A DNA stretch of 47,782 nucleotides from Octopus bimaculoides (lineage: Eukaryota): positions 73,835,839-73,883,620 of the forward strand of contig NC_068988.1 of NCBI RefSeq assembly GCF_001194135.2, written 5' to 3'. The notes beneath the pieces were generated by a model. That model saw only the letters and a program-made list of their open reading frames with translations. It ran no database searches and was not told where the DNA came from. The number at the start of each line of letters is the position of its first letter. Positions within the stretch are counted from its first letter, which is position 1. Made by a program: the position numbers and the translations under genes. Shown here piece by piece: positions 35,623 through 47,655 of the stretch.

Positions 35623-36500
35623 ACTTACGCAAATAGATATTACTTGCACTGCTTGAATAATTTGGTTGATTTGTGTTGGTTAGTGTTTAAATCTGTTTAA
35701 TAAGTGATTCAGAGAATATGGACAAAAGAATCGTTATTAACTTCTGAGGTTTGGGAAGCAAAACTATAATGGATAACTCTTTAGTTAAAGAGAATTAGGC
35801 AGAGAGCGAAACAGAAAGAAAACACAGATTTGAAAATTCATATCAAGACTAGAGAGAGAGAAACAAGGGAGATTATTCTCTACAGAGTTACTGTCGATTA
35901 ATTTGTAAGTGCAACGGCTCTGGCAAAAGATATATCCTCGTCCAGCCTTTTACCTTCAGGATAATTCCAGACTGAAGTGTTGAATCTGTTACATTTGACA
36001 CAACACTTCATCCTGGAATTATTATCCTGTAGATAAAAGGCAGGACGAAGAAATATCTTTTGCCAGAATCGTTGTGTTGCACTTCTATATAATTACTTAA
36101 ACATAATTTGGGGTTTCGTTATATTACTTCACATTACATTATTTCTTACCACCTACGCATACCTCCACACATCTCATATAATGTGGGTCCCAAGAATATA
36201 TTGTTTAATTAAAGGCTGTTGTTCTGTCTTGTCTATTACTACTAAACCCTTACATGCTTGTGTTAAACGCTATCAGTTGAATATTATTTGATGTTACTAA
36301 ATACATATATCTCAGCAGAACTAGACCAAATCAAGACAAACTTTCGGTGATGGTATCCAAGGTGTCAAATGAAAAATCAGCCGTTTTATCTGTTATGGCA
36401 TTTTTTTTTCTTTAGTTTTTCATGTGCTGGTGATGCCGCCATTGTCTTTCACGTTCACGAGCAAGATGAAAAGCCGTGCGCGCACACTAACTGGCAAACA
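35623..36500 (-). promoter_or_regulatory. Candidate first exon and promoter of ZNF2
   Basis: Minus-strand donor gc|GTAAGT with intron starting at 35628; YY1-like caATGGCGGC at 36436-36445; tgcgcgca at 36477; shared motif with 16990-17004. Inference. Confidence 0.3.
35907..36084. mobile_element. Foldback MITE (~178 bp)
   Basis: aagtgcaac..ctggcaaaagatat..tcgtcc.gccttt..ggataattccag..gaagtgttg mirrored on the right arm. Confidence 0.75.
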
Positions 36501-37033
36501 GCTAATAATAAAGCTAAGGTGAAAATCAAATAAATTGTGCATTGTTTATAGGCAATATGACCGTCCCTAAATATAACTATGTGTTTCAAAGCATGATCTC
36601 ACATCAAGAAACCTGCGAAACATACATAAGCGTGTAGCACGTGAAGAATGGATTAGAACTTGTGTTTTGCAACTTACCAAATTTCAAATCATAATTCATT
36701 CACAGCTTGATTATATGTGCAACCAAAATCTAATTTAATCAACGGCTGTTGTTCACGTGACAGTTCTTTAGCCCAGGCACCAATTTCACGGTGTTGAGCC
36801 GGTATGATGTTTTCCACTCTCACCATTGTTACATTGTCTTGGGTCGAGTTTCAAATTACACACTATCTCTAGCTGTTTCAACGGCTGCATATTCAATTGA
36901 GGATATTGAAAAAGCAGATATAACATAGCACCTTTATACTTGCTTAGTATGTTAAATTCGTCTCAAGTGTTAAAGTTTGAACAAACATTTTCCTTGCCTG
37001 TCACATTATGCTATTTCCACCTTAAGCTTCCAT

Positions 37034-37718
37034 GGATCTTTTTGGTTTGACGGGCAACATTTTTCATTAATGTTTTATGTAGTTTATTTTATGTGAAAAG
37101 TTGTCGTATTTCGGTAATTTCAACCAATCACTGACGTCTATTGAGGTGAAAACAATTACTGCCGTGGAATGTAAACAACGGTGTCATGGGATCTTTTCCC
37201 TTCAATAAAATTAGTGCCGTTGTTTGTCAACAACTACCCGTGTTACTCTTATTTATGACATCGTTCGTGCGTTTGTACTGGTTTTAGCTTTAGGGTTTTA
37301 GGGTTAGGGTTCCGGTTTTAGAGTTAAAGTTAGTTTTAGGGTTATGATTATTTTTGCCATAACCTCACTCATAACCCTAACCCTAAAACCCATAACCATA
37401 ACACTAACTCTAAAACCCGAACCCTAACCCAAACGCACGAACGATGTTATAAATAACTACCGCCGATAGTTGTTGTTGACAANNNNNNNNNNNNNNNNNN
37501 NNNNNNNNNNNNNNNNNNNNNNNNNNNNNNNNNNNNNNNNNNNNNNNNNNNNNNNNNNNNNNNNNNNNNNNNTTTAACATGAAATAACTTATTAAGAACT
37601 AATTTTTGTTAAGAAGGCTAAGAGAAAAGATGTTTTATATGACACATTCTACCAGTATCCCAAGTTTGAAAGTGTTTCGTTAAGAAAACAAGTGTTGCCC
37701 GTCAAACCAAAAAGATCC
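37034..37718. mobile_element. Palindromic element with internal telomeric-like repeats
   Basis: 26-bp TIR ggatctttttggtttgacgggcaaca; inner arms with degenerate (TTAGGG)n then (CCCTAA)n around ~37335; no TSD seen. Confidence 0.7.
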
Positions 37719-37865
37719 TTATTTCGGCCTAGCTAAAGGCATCTGGAAAATGTAAAACTGCTGTTACAGAAAAACCATTGTTCCAACGTGGGAAAAGTTC
37801 TGTTGCAGTGTTAATTTAAATTTGGCTATAGTGGATCGAATCCACTTCATGCATGCAAGATTCTC

Positions 37866-37867
<2 letters not shown>

Positions 37868-37899
<32 letters not shown>

Positions 37900-38042
37900 C
37901 AATGTATCATATATCCGAAAAAGAAGCAGACTGTAAAGTATTGAACATTAAAGTAATAAAGCTAATGTCTGGTCATAGAGTGACCAATGGTTTCGCATCC
38001 ACGAAGGCTGCAGTTACGTGGACGACTCATTAGACTCTAGTC
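37868..38042 (-). mobile_element. 3' end of Penelope-like element 2 (continuation of 42213-42615), ending at (TA)n
   Basis: Contiguous with 42213 once the hAT is removed; contains the HHR motif. Confidence 0.6.
37976..38039 (-). ncRNA. Type I hammerhead ribozyme with G5A change (family C)
   Basis: rc: tagagt CTAATGA gtcgtccacg-(13 nt)-cgtggatgc GAAA ccattgg TC^actcta; helix I 6 bp, helix II ~9 bp. Confidence 0.8.
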
Positions 38043-41000
38043 CAGTGGTTCCCAGACTTTTTTTTTTACACACAGCGCACCTTACAAGAAGTCAAAATAT
38101 TTTGGCGCACTTTGTACATAAATGGATTTTATACATATTAGCATAAACTATAAAGCAATATATAATTAATTAAAAATACAGAAAACCTGCATGTACTTAC
38201 TCTCTATTCGATATGAAGCAAAATTATCAACGAGAAACATGCGCTTGATGATTTTGGAAACGTTTTCATTATTGGGACGTATTTGAGAAAGATGAACCTT
38301 CATTTCTTCTTCGATGCAACGGAGCCTCTCTCTTTCTTTGGATTTGATGTGACTGAGGGTTGAAAATCCCAACTCGCATAAATACGATGTGGAAAACTGC
38401 ATCAAAACGGATAAAGCTTTTTTTGCTACTGACGGGTATTCTCCTGTAATAGCAATCCAAAATATATCGATACGTAACTCAGCGTGCTTGATTTTAAGTT
38501 CGCGATCACTGGATATAGATGCCAATTCTTCTTCTTCACATATTTCAGACCAATATTAGATGGAATTTTTATGAAGAGATTTCGAACCCAATCATACTCT
38601 TCTATGTTCAATGACGGAAGATAAAAATTTATTTTTTCTTCCAGATTTGTCAAATATAATAGGAGTCATTTCTTTTATGCAGCTTTTACGTGTTCAGGGA
38701 GACATTTCAACCTTCAGCTGTAGCAGAATTACATATTACATAGTAACATGTGAGTCGACCTGCACAGCAGACGAATATATCGAGGAAATGTCTAGCTTCG
38801 TTTTGAGACACTAGACTCGTTCTGAGCTACACTGTAGAAAACTCAATTCCTGCTAGGTTTCGGTCAAAGATTCATATCTTCTCTATAGCTCCATGCGCAA
38901 TCACCCACGTGCGACTCACCATGTCTATTTACCTTGACACAAGATATATGGTTCGTAAACGAAGATATTTTATTACACACACTTTCTAAAAATGACTGTT
39001 CTCATTACACACATGCATACATACTGTAATACAAATATTATATGTGACTTCTTTCAGTGCAAAAGCAAAATCAAAACTTTCTTTGTATGTTTACATACAT
39101 GTTTTTGTATCATTCTACAAGCTTCCACCACAAAAGGCTAATACAGAATAAACAATATATTTATGCACAAAAATGTCGGTCAAANNNNNNNNNNNNNNNN
39201 NNNNNNNNNNNNNNNNNNNNNNNNNNNNNNNNNNNNNNNNNNNNNNNNNNNNNNNNNNNNNNNNNNNNNNNNNNNNNNNNNNNNNNNNNNNNNNNNNNNN
39301 NNNNNNNNNNNNNNNNNNNNNNNNNNNNNNNNNNNNNNNNNNNNNNNNNNNNNNNNNNNNNNNNNNNNNNNNNNNNNNNNNNNNNNNNNNNNNNNNNNNN
39401 NNNNNNNNNNNNNNNNNNNNNNNNNNNNNNNNNNNNNNNNNNNNNNNNNNNNNNNNNNNNNNNNNNNNNNNNNNNNNNNNNNNNNNNNNNNNNNNNNNNN
39501 NNNNNNNNNNNNNNNNNNNNNNNNNNNNNNNNNNNNNNNNNNNNNNNNNNNNNNNNNNNNNNNNNNNNNNNNNNNNNNNNNNNNNNNNNNNNNNNNNNNN
39601 NNNNNNNNNNNGTTCCGAGTCCTCTCCCCACCCCGCCTTTCGCGGGAGCGCATTTTTTCTTTTTTTTTCATATTCGTTCAGAGCAAGTCGTTTTACAACT
39701 ATTACACTATTTTTCTTTTGTTTCTTGGCTCCGGTGAGGCGTCTCGGAACATTCAGGATGTTCGCGAGCGCGCGTTTTTTTCTTCATATTCGTTCGCAGC
39801 AAGTTGTTTTACACCTATTAGAATATTTTATTTTTTTATTTCCCACCTGGTAAAACCCTTTAGTTTGACCAAAATGTCTTATGGTGATTCATACTAACTG
39901 GTCTTCCATTTAATAACCCGCACTTGAACTGCCAACGACCCAGCCGCTATATTTTACTAAATTACAACTTTCTTTTTAAATGAAACTAGCTTATCTGTCG
40001 AAGTGAGAATGTTTTCATTTCTACCTTGCATATTTGTGTTGACGCTATTAAGTTGTGCAAATATCTCTGTTAAATATTCTGGCTTGGAAACTCAAAATTC
40101 ACATTGTAGATATTTCAAGAAGCAGTCATGTTTTTCTTCTTTAAAAAATGTATGCAGTTCCTTCTGGAGTTTATGTATGCGACGTAGCACCTTACCTTTT
40201 GAGAGCCATCTGACTTTTGTGTGGAAAAGTAAGCGCTTGTTTTTGAGAATCCATATCAACCATTTCAATAACTTGGTTTAATACTTTAATTCAACTGGTA
40301 TTGTTTTTTGAAACTAGTACTTCCCTATGTAGGAAGTAATGAGTACGTATAACATTAGGATTTTGCTGTTGTACGAGAGATACAAAACATTTAATAGAGC
40401 CTATCATAGATGGTGCCTCATTGGTACATATTCCAACTCATAAACTCCAGGATAAATTCTATTTTTCTAGCTAGGCAGATAAAATGTCAAAAATATCTTG
40501 ACCTCTTGTAATGAGTGGCATTTCTTCACAACAAAAGAACCGATTTATGGTTTGGTTACCATCAATAAAGCGAATAAATGTAAGTAATTGTACTTTGTTG
40601 CTAATGTCAGTTGATTCGTCAACTTGTAGAGCAAATTCTGAGTTCTGAAATTTGTTCTGTACATTTTTCTCTATATCAGCAGATAAATCTATAATTCTCC
40701 AATAGATTGCATCATTTGAGAGCGGAATCTTACTTATTTATTGATCGGCTTCGTCACCCAACATGATTTTAACCATCTTTCTACAAGCGGGTAAGATAAT
40801 CGACTCGACTAAAGTATGCAATTTTATTTGTAGTGCAATCATTTCGGCTCTCTCAATAGACGCGATTTGAGCCTTTTCAGAAGCATTCATCCTTTTGCCA
40901 AAATGGTTTCTTTGTTTAGATTGCTGTTCTAGCAATCTTTGGAAATAATTCAGATCTTTACATTGAAGATGAGTGTTTAGTTGTAAAATATCTTTTTAAC

Positions 41001-42212
41001 TTGCTAGGCAACATACCTTCGTTAGACATCTTTTCACCACAAACAACACACAGCGGAAAAGGTTGATCCTCGATGCCAGTCCAATGAAACCCAAACTTTA
41101 AATTGTTATTGCAATATTTACGATTTGGTCAAGCTTTCGCATTATTATCACTACGCTTAGTTGCTTTTGACGAACACTCACTTTCAGATTCATAATCGTC
41201 ATGGTTATGTTTCATCTTAGTAAACTTTTCCATTTTATACTCTCTTTACTCTCTCTTTTACTTGTTTCAGTCATTTGACTGCGGCCATGATGGAGCACCG
41301 CCTTTAGTTGAAGAAATCTACCCCAGGACTTATTCTTTGTAAGCCTAGTACTTATTCTATCAGTCTCTTTTGCCGAACCGCTAATTGATGGGGGACGTAA
41401 ACACACCACGGTTGTCAAGCGATGTTGGGGGACAAACACAGACACATAAACATATACATACACATACCTATACATATATACGACGGGCTTCTTGCAGTTT
41501 CCGTCTACCAAATCCACTCACAAGGCTTTGGTTGGCCCGAAGCTATAGTAGAAGACACTTGCCCAAGGTGCCACGCAGTGGGACTGAACCTGGAACCATG
41601 TGGTTGGTAAGCAAGCTACTTACCACACAGCCACTCTTAGTCTGTTAATATGAATATATGAATAGTATTGCACAAAGAGCACAAATTACTAATAGTCTCA
41701 AACTGAGACAAATGATCAGTGAGCTGTGAAAAGTGGCAGTGTGTCAAATATTATCGGACTCTTTTGAGAAGTCTTTCAAAATTAATTGAAAAGATGGAAA
41801 TTCTTGCCACTATTTTCAATGAAAAACTTCAAGTATTGCCGCATTACATGAGGACGTAATAAAAGATTTAGTTCAACATCATATGCTTTAGTTCAGTAGT
41901 TTATTTTTCACACTTATTGACATGAAAACTGTAGAGGCTATAGCCGAAATAAATTGAAACATAGTCGTGCACTGAATATGTCCATAAGACGTCAATTTCG
42001 AGGATAGATTGATGCTAATTTAGTTCACCATAATTAGCCTAAATGAAATGAATGACACAACCAACTCTTATTCTTAAATTATTATTAGTATTTAGTTTTT
42101 TGCCACTTAGACATTTATATATGAACTTTCTAGTGAATTTCGGTTTGTAATTTTCATATTTTTTTGAGGCACACCTTATTACATCTTGCCACGCATGGTT
42201 TGGGAACCACTG
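38043..42212 (-). mobile_element. hAT Buster/Charlie-type DNA transposon, decayed, with nested insertions
   Basis: TIRs cagtggttccca / tgggaaccactg; TSD ~(c/g)tctagtc fits the nTCTAGAn Buster target; hATC dimerisation remnant EYPSVAKKALSVLMQFSTSYLCELGFS (38166-38525); ZBED5-like HTLVESIILPACRKMVKIMLG (40738-40935). Confidence 0.9.
41249..41637 (-). mobile_element. tRNA-derived SINE (same family as 6491-6902) nested in the hAT
   Basis: Near full-length reverse complement of 6495-6900. Confidence 0.9.
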
Positions 42213-42615
42213 TCTAGTCCGAAGACAAATTTAACTCTTCACCTTTGGGAGGTGGAAAGCTGTTACAGTCATTGGTTAATTGGTAAACAGAGAATAAAAA
42301 GTCTGCCATTAGTGAGGACGGGTTATCTCTTCTAGACCAGCTATTTAGAGAGGGGAATAAGAGATATATCACTTGGCTTGCTAATGGATCGTAAGGACTC
42401 TTCTGGGTTTAGTCAGCAAACGGGGAATCCCGTGTTTGCAGCTGGTAGTGCTTGAAGTGGATGCACGTGTGAAAATTTCTTAGTGAGTACTCAGCAACCC
42501 AGGTCTCAGGGAGTCTTTGAGTATCCTAGCATGTTCAGCTATGCAGAGCTTGCAGCGCACACTCCCGTTATGTTGGGACCTGGCCGTTCTAAGATCTTCC
42601 ACTTGATATCGTATG
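42213..42615 (-). mobile_element. Penelope-like element 2, GIY-YIG C-terminus plus 3'UTR
   Basis: rc DIKWKIL.../...NGSVRCKLCIAEHARILKDSLRPGLLSTH*EIFTR (matches the WxIL...CxLCxxE...LLNxRxEI pattern). Confidence 0.7.
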
Positions 42616-42619
42616 GGAT

Positions 42620-44150
42620 CACTTCATTTTGAGTCGCCACACATGGCTGACCAGGTATGGAAGCAAAACCTGGAATCAAAAGGCCTTAAAGTTAACCTAG
42701 CGAAGTTGTTGTTCACAAGAAAGCAGATAAGACTCTCTTACTCACTTCCTTGCTCAATATGTAGAAAAGGAGTCGGAAATAATTCCATTTGTTGCACCCA
42801 GTGTAAGCTATGGATACATAAAAGGTGCAGTGGAATCACATGTAAATTAATAGAAGTCGTCTTCATGTGTGGCAGATGTGCAGGAACAATACACACTCAG
42901 GACACACGGGAATTAAACTCTCTCAAATGCCCAGGAGGCTCTTTTGAGGTTGTAGACAGTTTCTGTTACCTAGTTGACTAAGTTAACATTGGTGGAGGAT
43001 GTTCTGAAAGTATTGTTGCTAGTATAGGAGTACGATAGAAGTTCAGAGAGTTATTACCTCTGTTGGTAACAAAAGGACTCTCTCTCAGAGTGAATAGCAT
43101 ACTGTATGATGCTTGTGTACGAATGGCTACACACCATGGTTGTAAGAGAAAAGTTGAGCATAGGAGGAATCAGATGCAGCATGCAAAAGAGTTAGTTTGG
43201 ACATGTGATGCATATGAATGTAGACAACAGTATAAAGAGGTACCAATAACTGAAAGTGTATGGTACCTGTGGAAGAAGGAGACCCAGGAAAACATGGAAT
43301 GAAGTAACAGGACCAATCTCAGAATGTTGGGCCTCACAGAAGAGATGACAATGGACCAAGATGACTGGTGATATGTGGTTCTTGAGAAAACCCACCCATC
43401 CCAGCGAAACTGAGTTCTGGGAGCACTGTATCAAGAAAAAAATTCACACACCCTACCCCAACAAAACAAACTACACCTCTTCACTTTTTCACATTTCCTC
43501 TTTTTCATGCACTATGCTTATGCTTATCTCCCGCTCCCCAGTCTTGTCCTCACTGCCCTGCTCACTGTAGCATTACTGTCCTGTTGTCCCCAACCTCCTC
43601 TATGTACCGACATTTCACCAGTTATAGCATTCCCAACCCCACATTTATATGAAGTCCCTACTCCCTACTCATGCACCCTTGACAATACTCTACCATCCCA
43701 TTTATATATTGATCCCTGTACCTTGAGAGTATGCCTTGGCACTTCACCACCATATTTCTCTTTCTCTTTCTCTGACTGGGTAACCATGTATCTCCTCTAC
43801 AGCAAGACACCTGTTTCTATCCCCCTGTCACACTAACCTCTCATCACCTGGCACAAGGCCACCTCTTTTAATTCCCACTCCCTCTCAAAGAATCTTTGTC
43901 TTGTAAATTACTTGGTGACTCCACCAGTGTTGGTGCATCCAAGTCCACACTATAAAGTGGTTAGTGTTTGGAAGAGCATCAAGATCTAAAAACCATGCCA
44001 AAACAAGCCTCACCAGTGTTGGTGCCATGTAAAAGCACTCAGTCCACTCTATAAGGGGGTTGATGTTAGGAAGGGTATCCAACCGTTAAAACCCTGTCAA
44101 AACTGACAGTGAAGCTTGGTGCAGCCTTCTGCCAAGCCAGCCCCTATTTA
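42620..44150 (+). mobile_element. RTE LINE 3' part with PHD-like module and long 3'UTR
   Basis: KQNLESKGLKVNLAK...CSICRKGVGNNSICCTQCKLWIHKRCSG...CGRC; KGLSLRVN..LYDACVR; CT-rich UTR and duplicated tail units. Confidence 0.85.
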
Positions 44151-44508
44151 CATGCCTTAAAGCTTTATTTCCACTCATCTATCGTACTATCTTTCACCAC
44201 ACTTAATTTTCTGTAAATTTCTTTCCTTCTCCTCCATCCCTTTCTCTAAATTGCCTTTCACGTTAAATCTATTAACAGTTTTTTTAAAACATAAATTGCC
44301 AGTGTTCCCTCCATCATATACGTGGTAATCGCATTTGGTTAAAATGGCTTATTGATGTGTTTTGTTCCTATTTTTTCCCTCGCGAGATGATTGCATTGTT
44401 TTACATCATCTTATTCCCTCAGGAATAATACCAGTGTCTTCTTCGAAATATATGCCAGAAGTAAACAGATTTGAATAACACCTGCGTTTCACTCCATTTC
44501 TTAATTTA

Positions 44509-44611
44509 TCATATATATATATATATATATTCAAATATATATATATGCACATATATACACACATAAAAAATATATATATATACATACATGTATATATACA
44601 TATATACAATG

Positions 44612-44677
<66 letters not shown>

Positions 44678-45200
44678 NNNNNNNNNNNNNNNNNNNNNNN
44701 NNNNNNNNNNNNNNNNNNNNNNNNNNNNNNNNNNNNNNNNNNNNNNNNNNNNNNNNNNNNNNNNNNNNNNNNNNNNNNNNNNNNNNNNNNNNNNNNNNNN
44801 NNNNNNNNNNNNNNNNNNNNNNNNNNNNNNNNNNNNNNNNNNNNNNNNNNNNNNNNNNNNNATATACATATATATATATATATATGTATACATGCATATT
44901 TATATGTATGTATATATATATATATACACATATATATATGTATATATGCATATATATATGTATATATATATATATACACATATATGCATATATATGTATA
45001 TATATATACACATATATGCATATATATGTATATATATATATATATATACACATATATATATATATACATCTATATATATACACATACATATATACACATA
45101 CATATATACACATATATAAAGACATACATGCATATATATATACACACACACACACATAAATGTATATATACATACAGATGTATGTACACATATATACATG

Positions 45201-45241
<41 letters not shown>

Positions 45242-45245
45242 ATAC
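44509..45245. repeat. (TA)n/(TACA)n microsatellite array with gap
   Basis: Long pure and degenerate TA tract. Confidence 0.95.
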
Positions 45246-45264
45246 AAATAATTTGTAAGTAAAT

Positions 45265-46110
45265 GCATATATACGTACATGTATGTACATACCTACATCT
45301 ACATGTATATATAGATGCATATCTGGGTACAGAACGTCACAAAAAAACGTGGACAAAATGAAAAACAACATAAACAGGCCACATAGAGAATATTTCCTTC
45401 GTCAGCTGCTCCTATTCTAAACTAAGCATTTCGAAGAGTTAGGGCAGGACGCATTGTTAGAATAGCTCTTCCCGTGGAAACAAATTAAATTAAATTAAAT
45501 TTGTACTGCGGCGGAATTAAGTGGCAAACAGAAAACACGACAGAAAAACGAAACAGTGAAAATAAAAAAGAAGGGCTGTAGGAAAGATGTGAAAAAAATA
45601 TCTGTATACTGAACGCTGTGATGTGACGAACTTGAGGGGAAGAGAGAAAAAAGTTGGTACTAGCATGGCAGTGGCCAAGAGAAGAAAGAAAGCAGTAGCC
45701 GGTAACATGTGACCAGCGAGGGGTAAGGAGAAAGAGTGGTAGAGAGAGAAAAAAAGGGGAGGAAGTTGAACATAGGTGAGCAATGAGAGACGGAGGAAGA
45801 GAGAGAGAGAAAAATAGTAGTGAAGGGGAGAGGCGAAAAACAACAGAAGGAAGAACGAGAGGGGGAGAAAGATACAAAGGTAGGTATAGTAGCATCAGAA
45901 AATATAGTTAAAACTTACTTGCAAAAAGGACGCGTGCATTCGATCATATAATAATACAAATAATATGTGAGTATATGCATATATACGTACATGTATGTAC
46001 ATACCTACATCTACATGTATATATAGATGCATATCTGGGTACAGGACGTTAGAAAAAAATGTGGACAAAATGAAAAACAGCACAGAAAACAAACAGAATA
46101 TTTCCTTATA
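45265..46110. repeat. ~140-bp direct repeats (45265-45400, 45975-46110) flanking a GA-rich spacer
   Basis: catatatacgtacatgtatgtacatacctacatctacatg...gtggacaaaatgaaaaac...agaatatttcctt twice; possibly PLE pseudo-LTR. Confidence 0.7.
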
Positions 46111-46240
46111 TATATATATATATATAGATAGATAGATAGATACACACATATATATACATCTATCCATATACATGTAACATATGGTATAATTATAAACGGC
46201 AAATTTTAGCCACTTCTCTGCAGACTGAAAAAAGTAATGA

Positions 46241-46288
46241 ACATCTTTAATCGATTTTCGAACGTTATTGAGTTCTCATCAGAGATGT
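46241..46288 (-). ncRNA. Minimal type I hammerhead ribozyme with intact core (family D)
   Basis: rc: acatct CTGATGA gaac-tcaataac-gttc GAAA a-tcga-t TA^a agatgt; palindromic UCGA loop in helix III; one extra A in helix I. Confidence 0.8.
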
Positions 46289-46511
46289 CCACATCATTCT
46301 CATCAGAGAAACAAGCATCCACACTGTTTATATACTCAAACAAATGCTGCAGGTACTCTATGAAGTTTGCATCCCGAAAGTGTTTAACAGTCTATAAATA
46401 CCAGCGGCCTGTCAACAGGGATGTTAGTCCACACAGTATCAAGGTATGATATAATAAATATGTAACGTATGGTAAGTAGGGCAAATTTTAGCTATTTCTC
46501 CACAGATGAAT

Positions 46512-46556
46512 AACCTTAATCAATTTTTGAACATTATTGGGTTCTCATCGGATGCG
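46512..46556 (-). ncRNA. Degenerate second HHR of family D
   Basis: rc: gcatc CGATGA gaac-ccaataat-gttc AAAA attgat TA aggtt; tandem partner ~270 bp away. Confidence 0.6.
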
Positions 46557-46624
46557 TCCAAACCATTCTGACAGTTTCCACAGAAACAAGCAGCCGAAGG
46601 AATCCCTAATTTGCATACATCTGT

Positions 46625-47115
46625 ATCATCATCATCGTTTAACGTCCGCTTTCCATGCTAGCATGGGTTGGACGATTTGACTGAGGACTGGTGAAACCGG
46701 ATGGCAACACCAGCCAACAATCTGATTGGCAGAGTCTCTACAGCTGGATGCCCTTCCTAATGCCAACNNNNNNNNNNNNNNNNNNNNNNNNNNNNNNNNN
46801 NNNNNNNNNNNNNNNNNNNNNNNNNNNNNNNNNNNNNNNNNNNNNNNNNNNNNNNNNNNNNNNNNNNNNNNNNNNNNNNNNNNNNCGAAGGCCAGTCAGG
46901 CGGTACTGGCAACGGCCACGCTCAAAATTGTATCTTTTATGTGCCACCTGCACAAGAGCCAGTCCAGGGGCACTGGCAACGATCTCGCTCAAAAATCCTA
47001 CGAAGGCCAGTCAGGCGGTACTGGCAACGGCCACGCTCAAAATGGTGTATTTTATGTGCCACCCACACAAGAGCCAGTCCAGGGGTACTGGCAACGATCT
47101 CGCTCTAAAATCCTT

Positions 47116-47116
<1 letters not shown>
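46625..47116 (-). mobile_element. RTE LINE 3'UTR/tail with a 115-bp tandem duplication
   Basis: catcatcatcgtttaacgtccgctttccatgc...; units 46886-47000 and 47001-47116. Confidence 0.85.
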
Positions 47117-47160
<44 letters not shown>

Positions 47161-47577
47161 CGTGCAGATATATATACACATGCATACATATATACATTCA
47201 TACATTATAAATATGTGTGCATGTATGTGTGTAATATGAGATAATAGTTTCACTATGTATATATTATATACATAGTGAAAGTATTAATGGGGAAACTATT
47301 AAAACTGAAAGTATTATCTCACATTTCAATAGAGATGCTATTGTTTCACTTTTGACACATAATACCAAAAACAGTCTAAGATATTGCTCTAGGCACGCAT
47401 TAGGCAAGAAGTTGAAAATTTTTTTGGCCCATTACACTCCATAGACCCTAGTAGGGTATGTGTAAAATTCGAATGAAATCGGTTGGGTAATTCTCAAGTT
47501 TAGTGATGCACACATACAGACTGACATGCTCATATACATAAATATATATATGTATACACCATATATATATATATATA

Positions 47578-47610
47578 CTAGCAGCTAAGCCCGGTTTCAC
47601 CTGGTCTGTT
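47578..47610 (-). mobile_element. Helitron-like 3' terminus
   Basis: rc gaccaggtgaaaccgggcttagctgCTAG|T next to (TA)n. Confidence 0.5.
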
Positions 47611-47655
47611 TGGATGATGTGGCTGTGATCGTTTTCAGTTAGTCATAATCTATAA

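Noticed and set aside
37260-37440. True telomere or ancestral chromosome fusion site
   Set aside because: The repeats are short, degenerate and enclosed by TIRs, which fits a mobile element better.
20818-39897. Long ORFs containing X runs (e.g. 20818-21280, 28399-29123, 31673-32362, 33646-34451, 39057-39897)
   Set aside because: They are open only because they cross N gaps.
44410-44465. cctcagga...cttcgaaa hammerhead-like fragments
   Set aside because: Core mismatched and helix I cannot be formed convincingly.
44406-45371. 321-aa and overlapping YI-rich ORFs
   Set aside because: Translations of a (TA)n microsatellite plus gap.
45385-45440. CTGACGA on the minus strand as another hammerhead
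   Set aside because: No GAAA and cleavage-site helix in the required order downstream.
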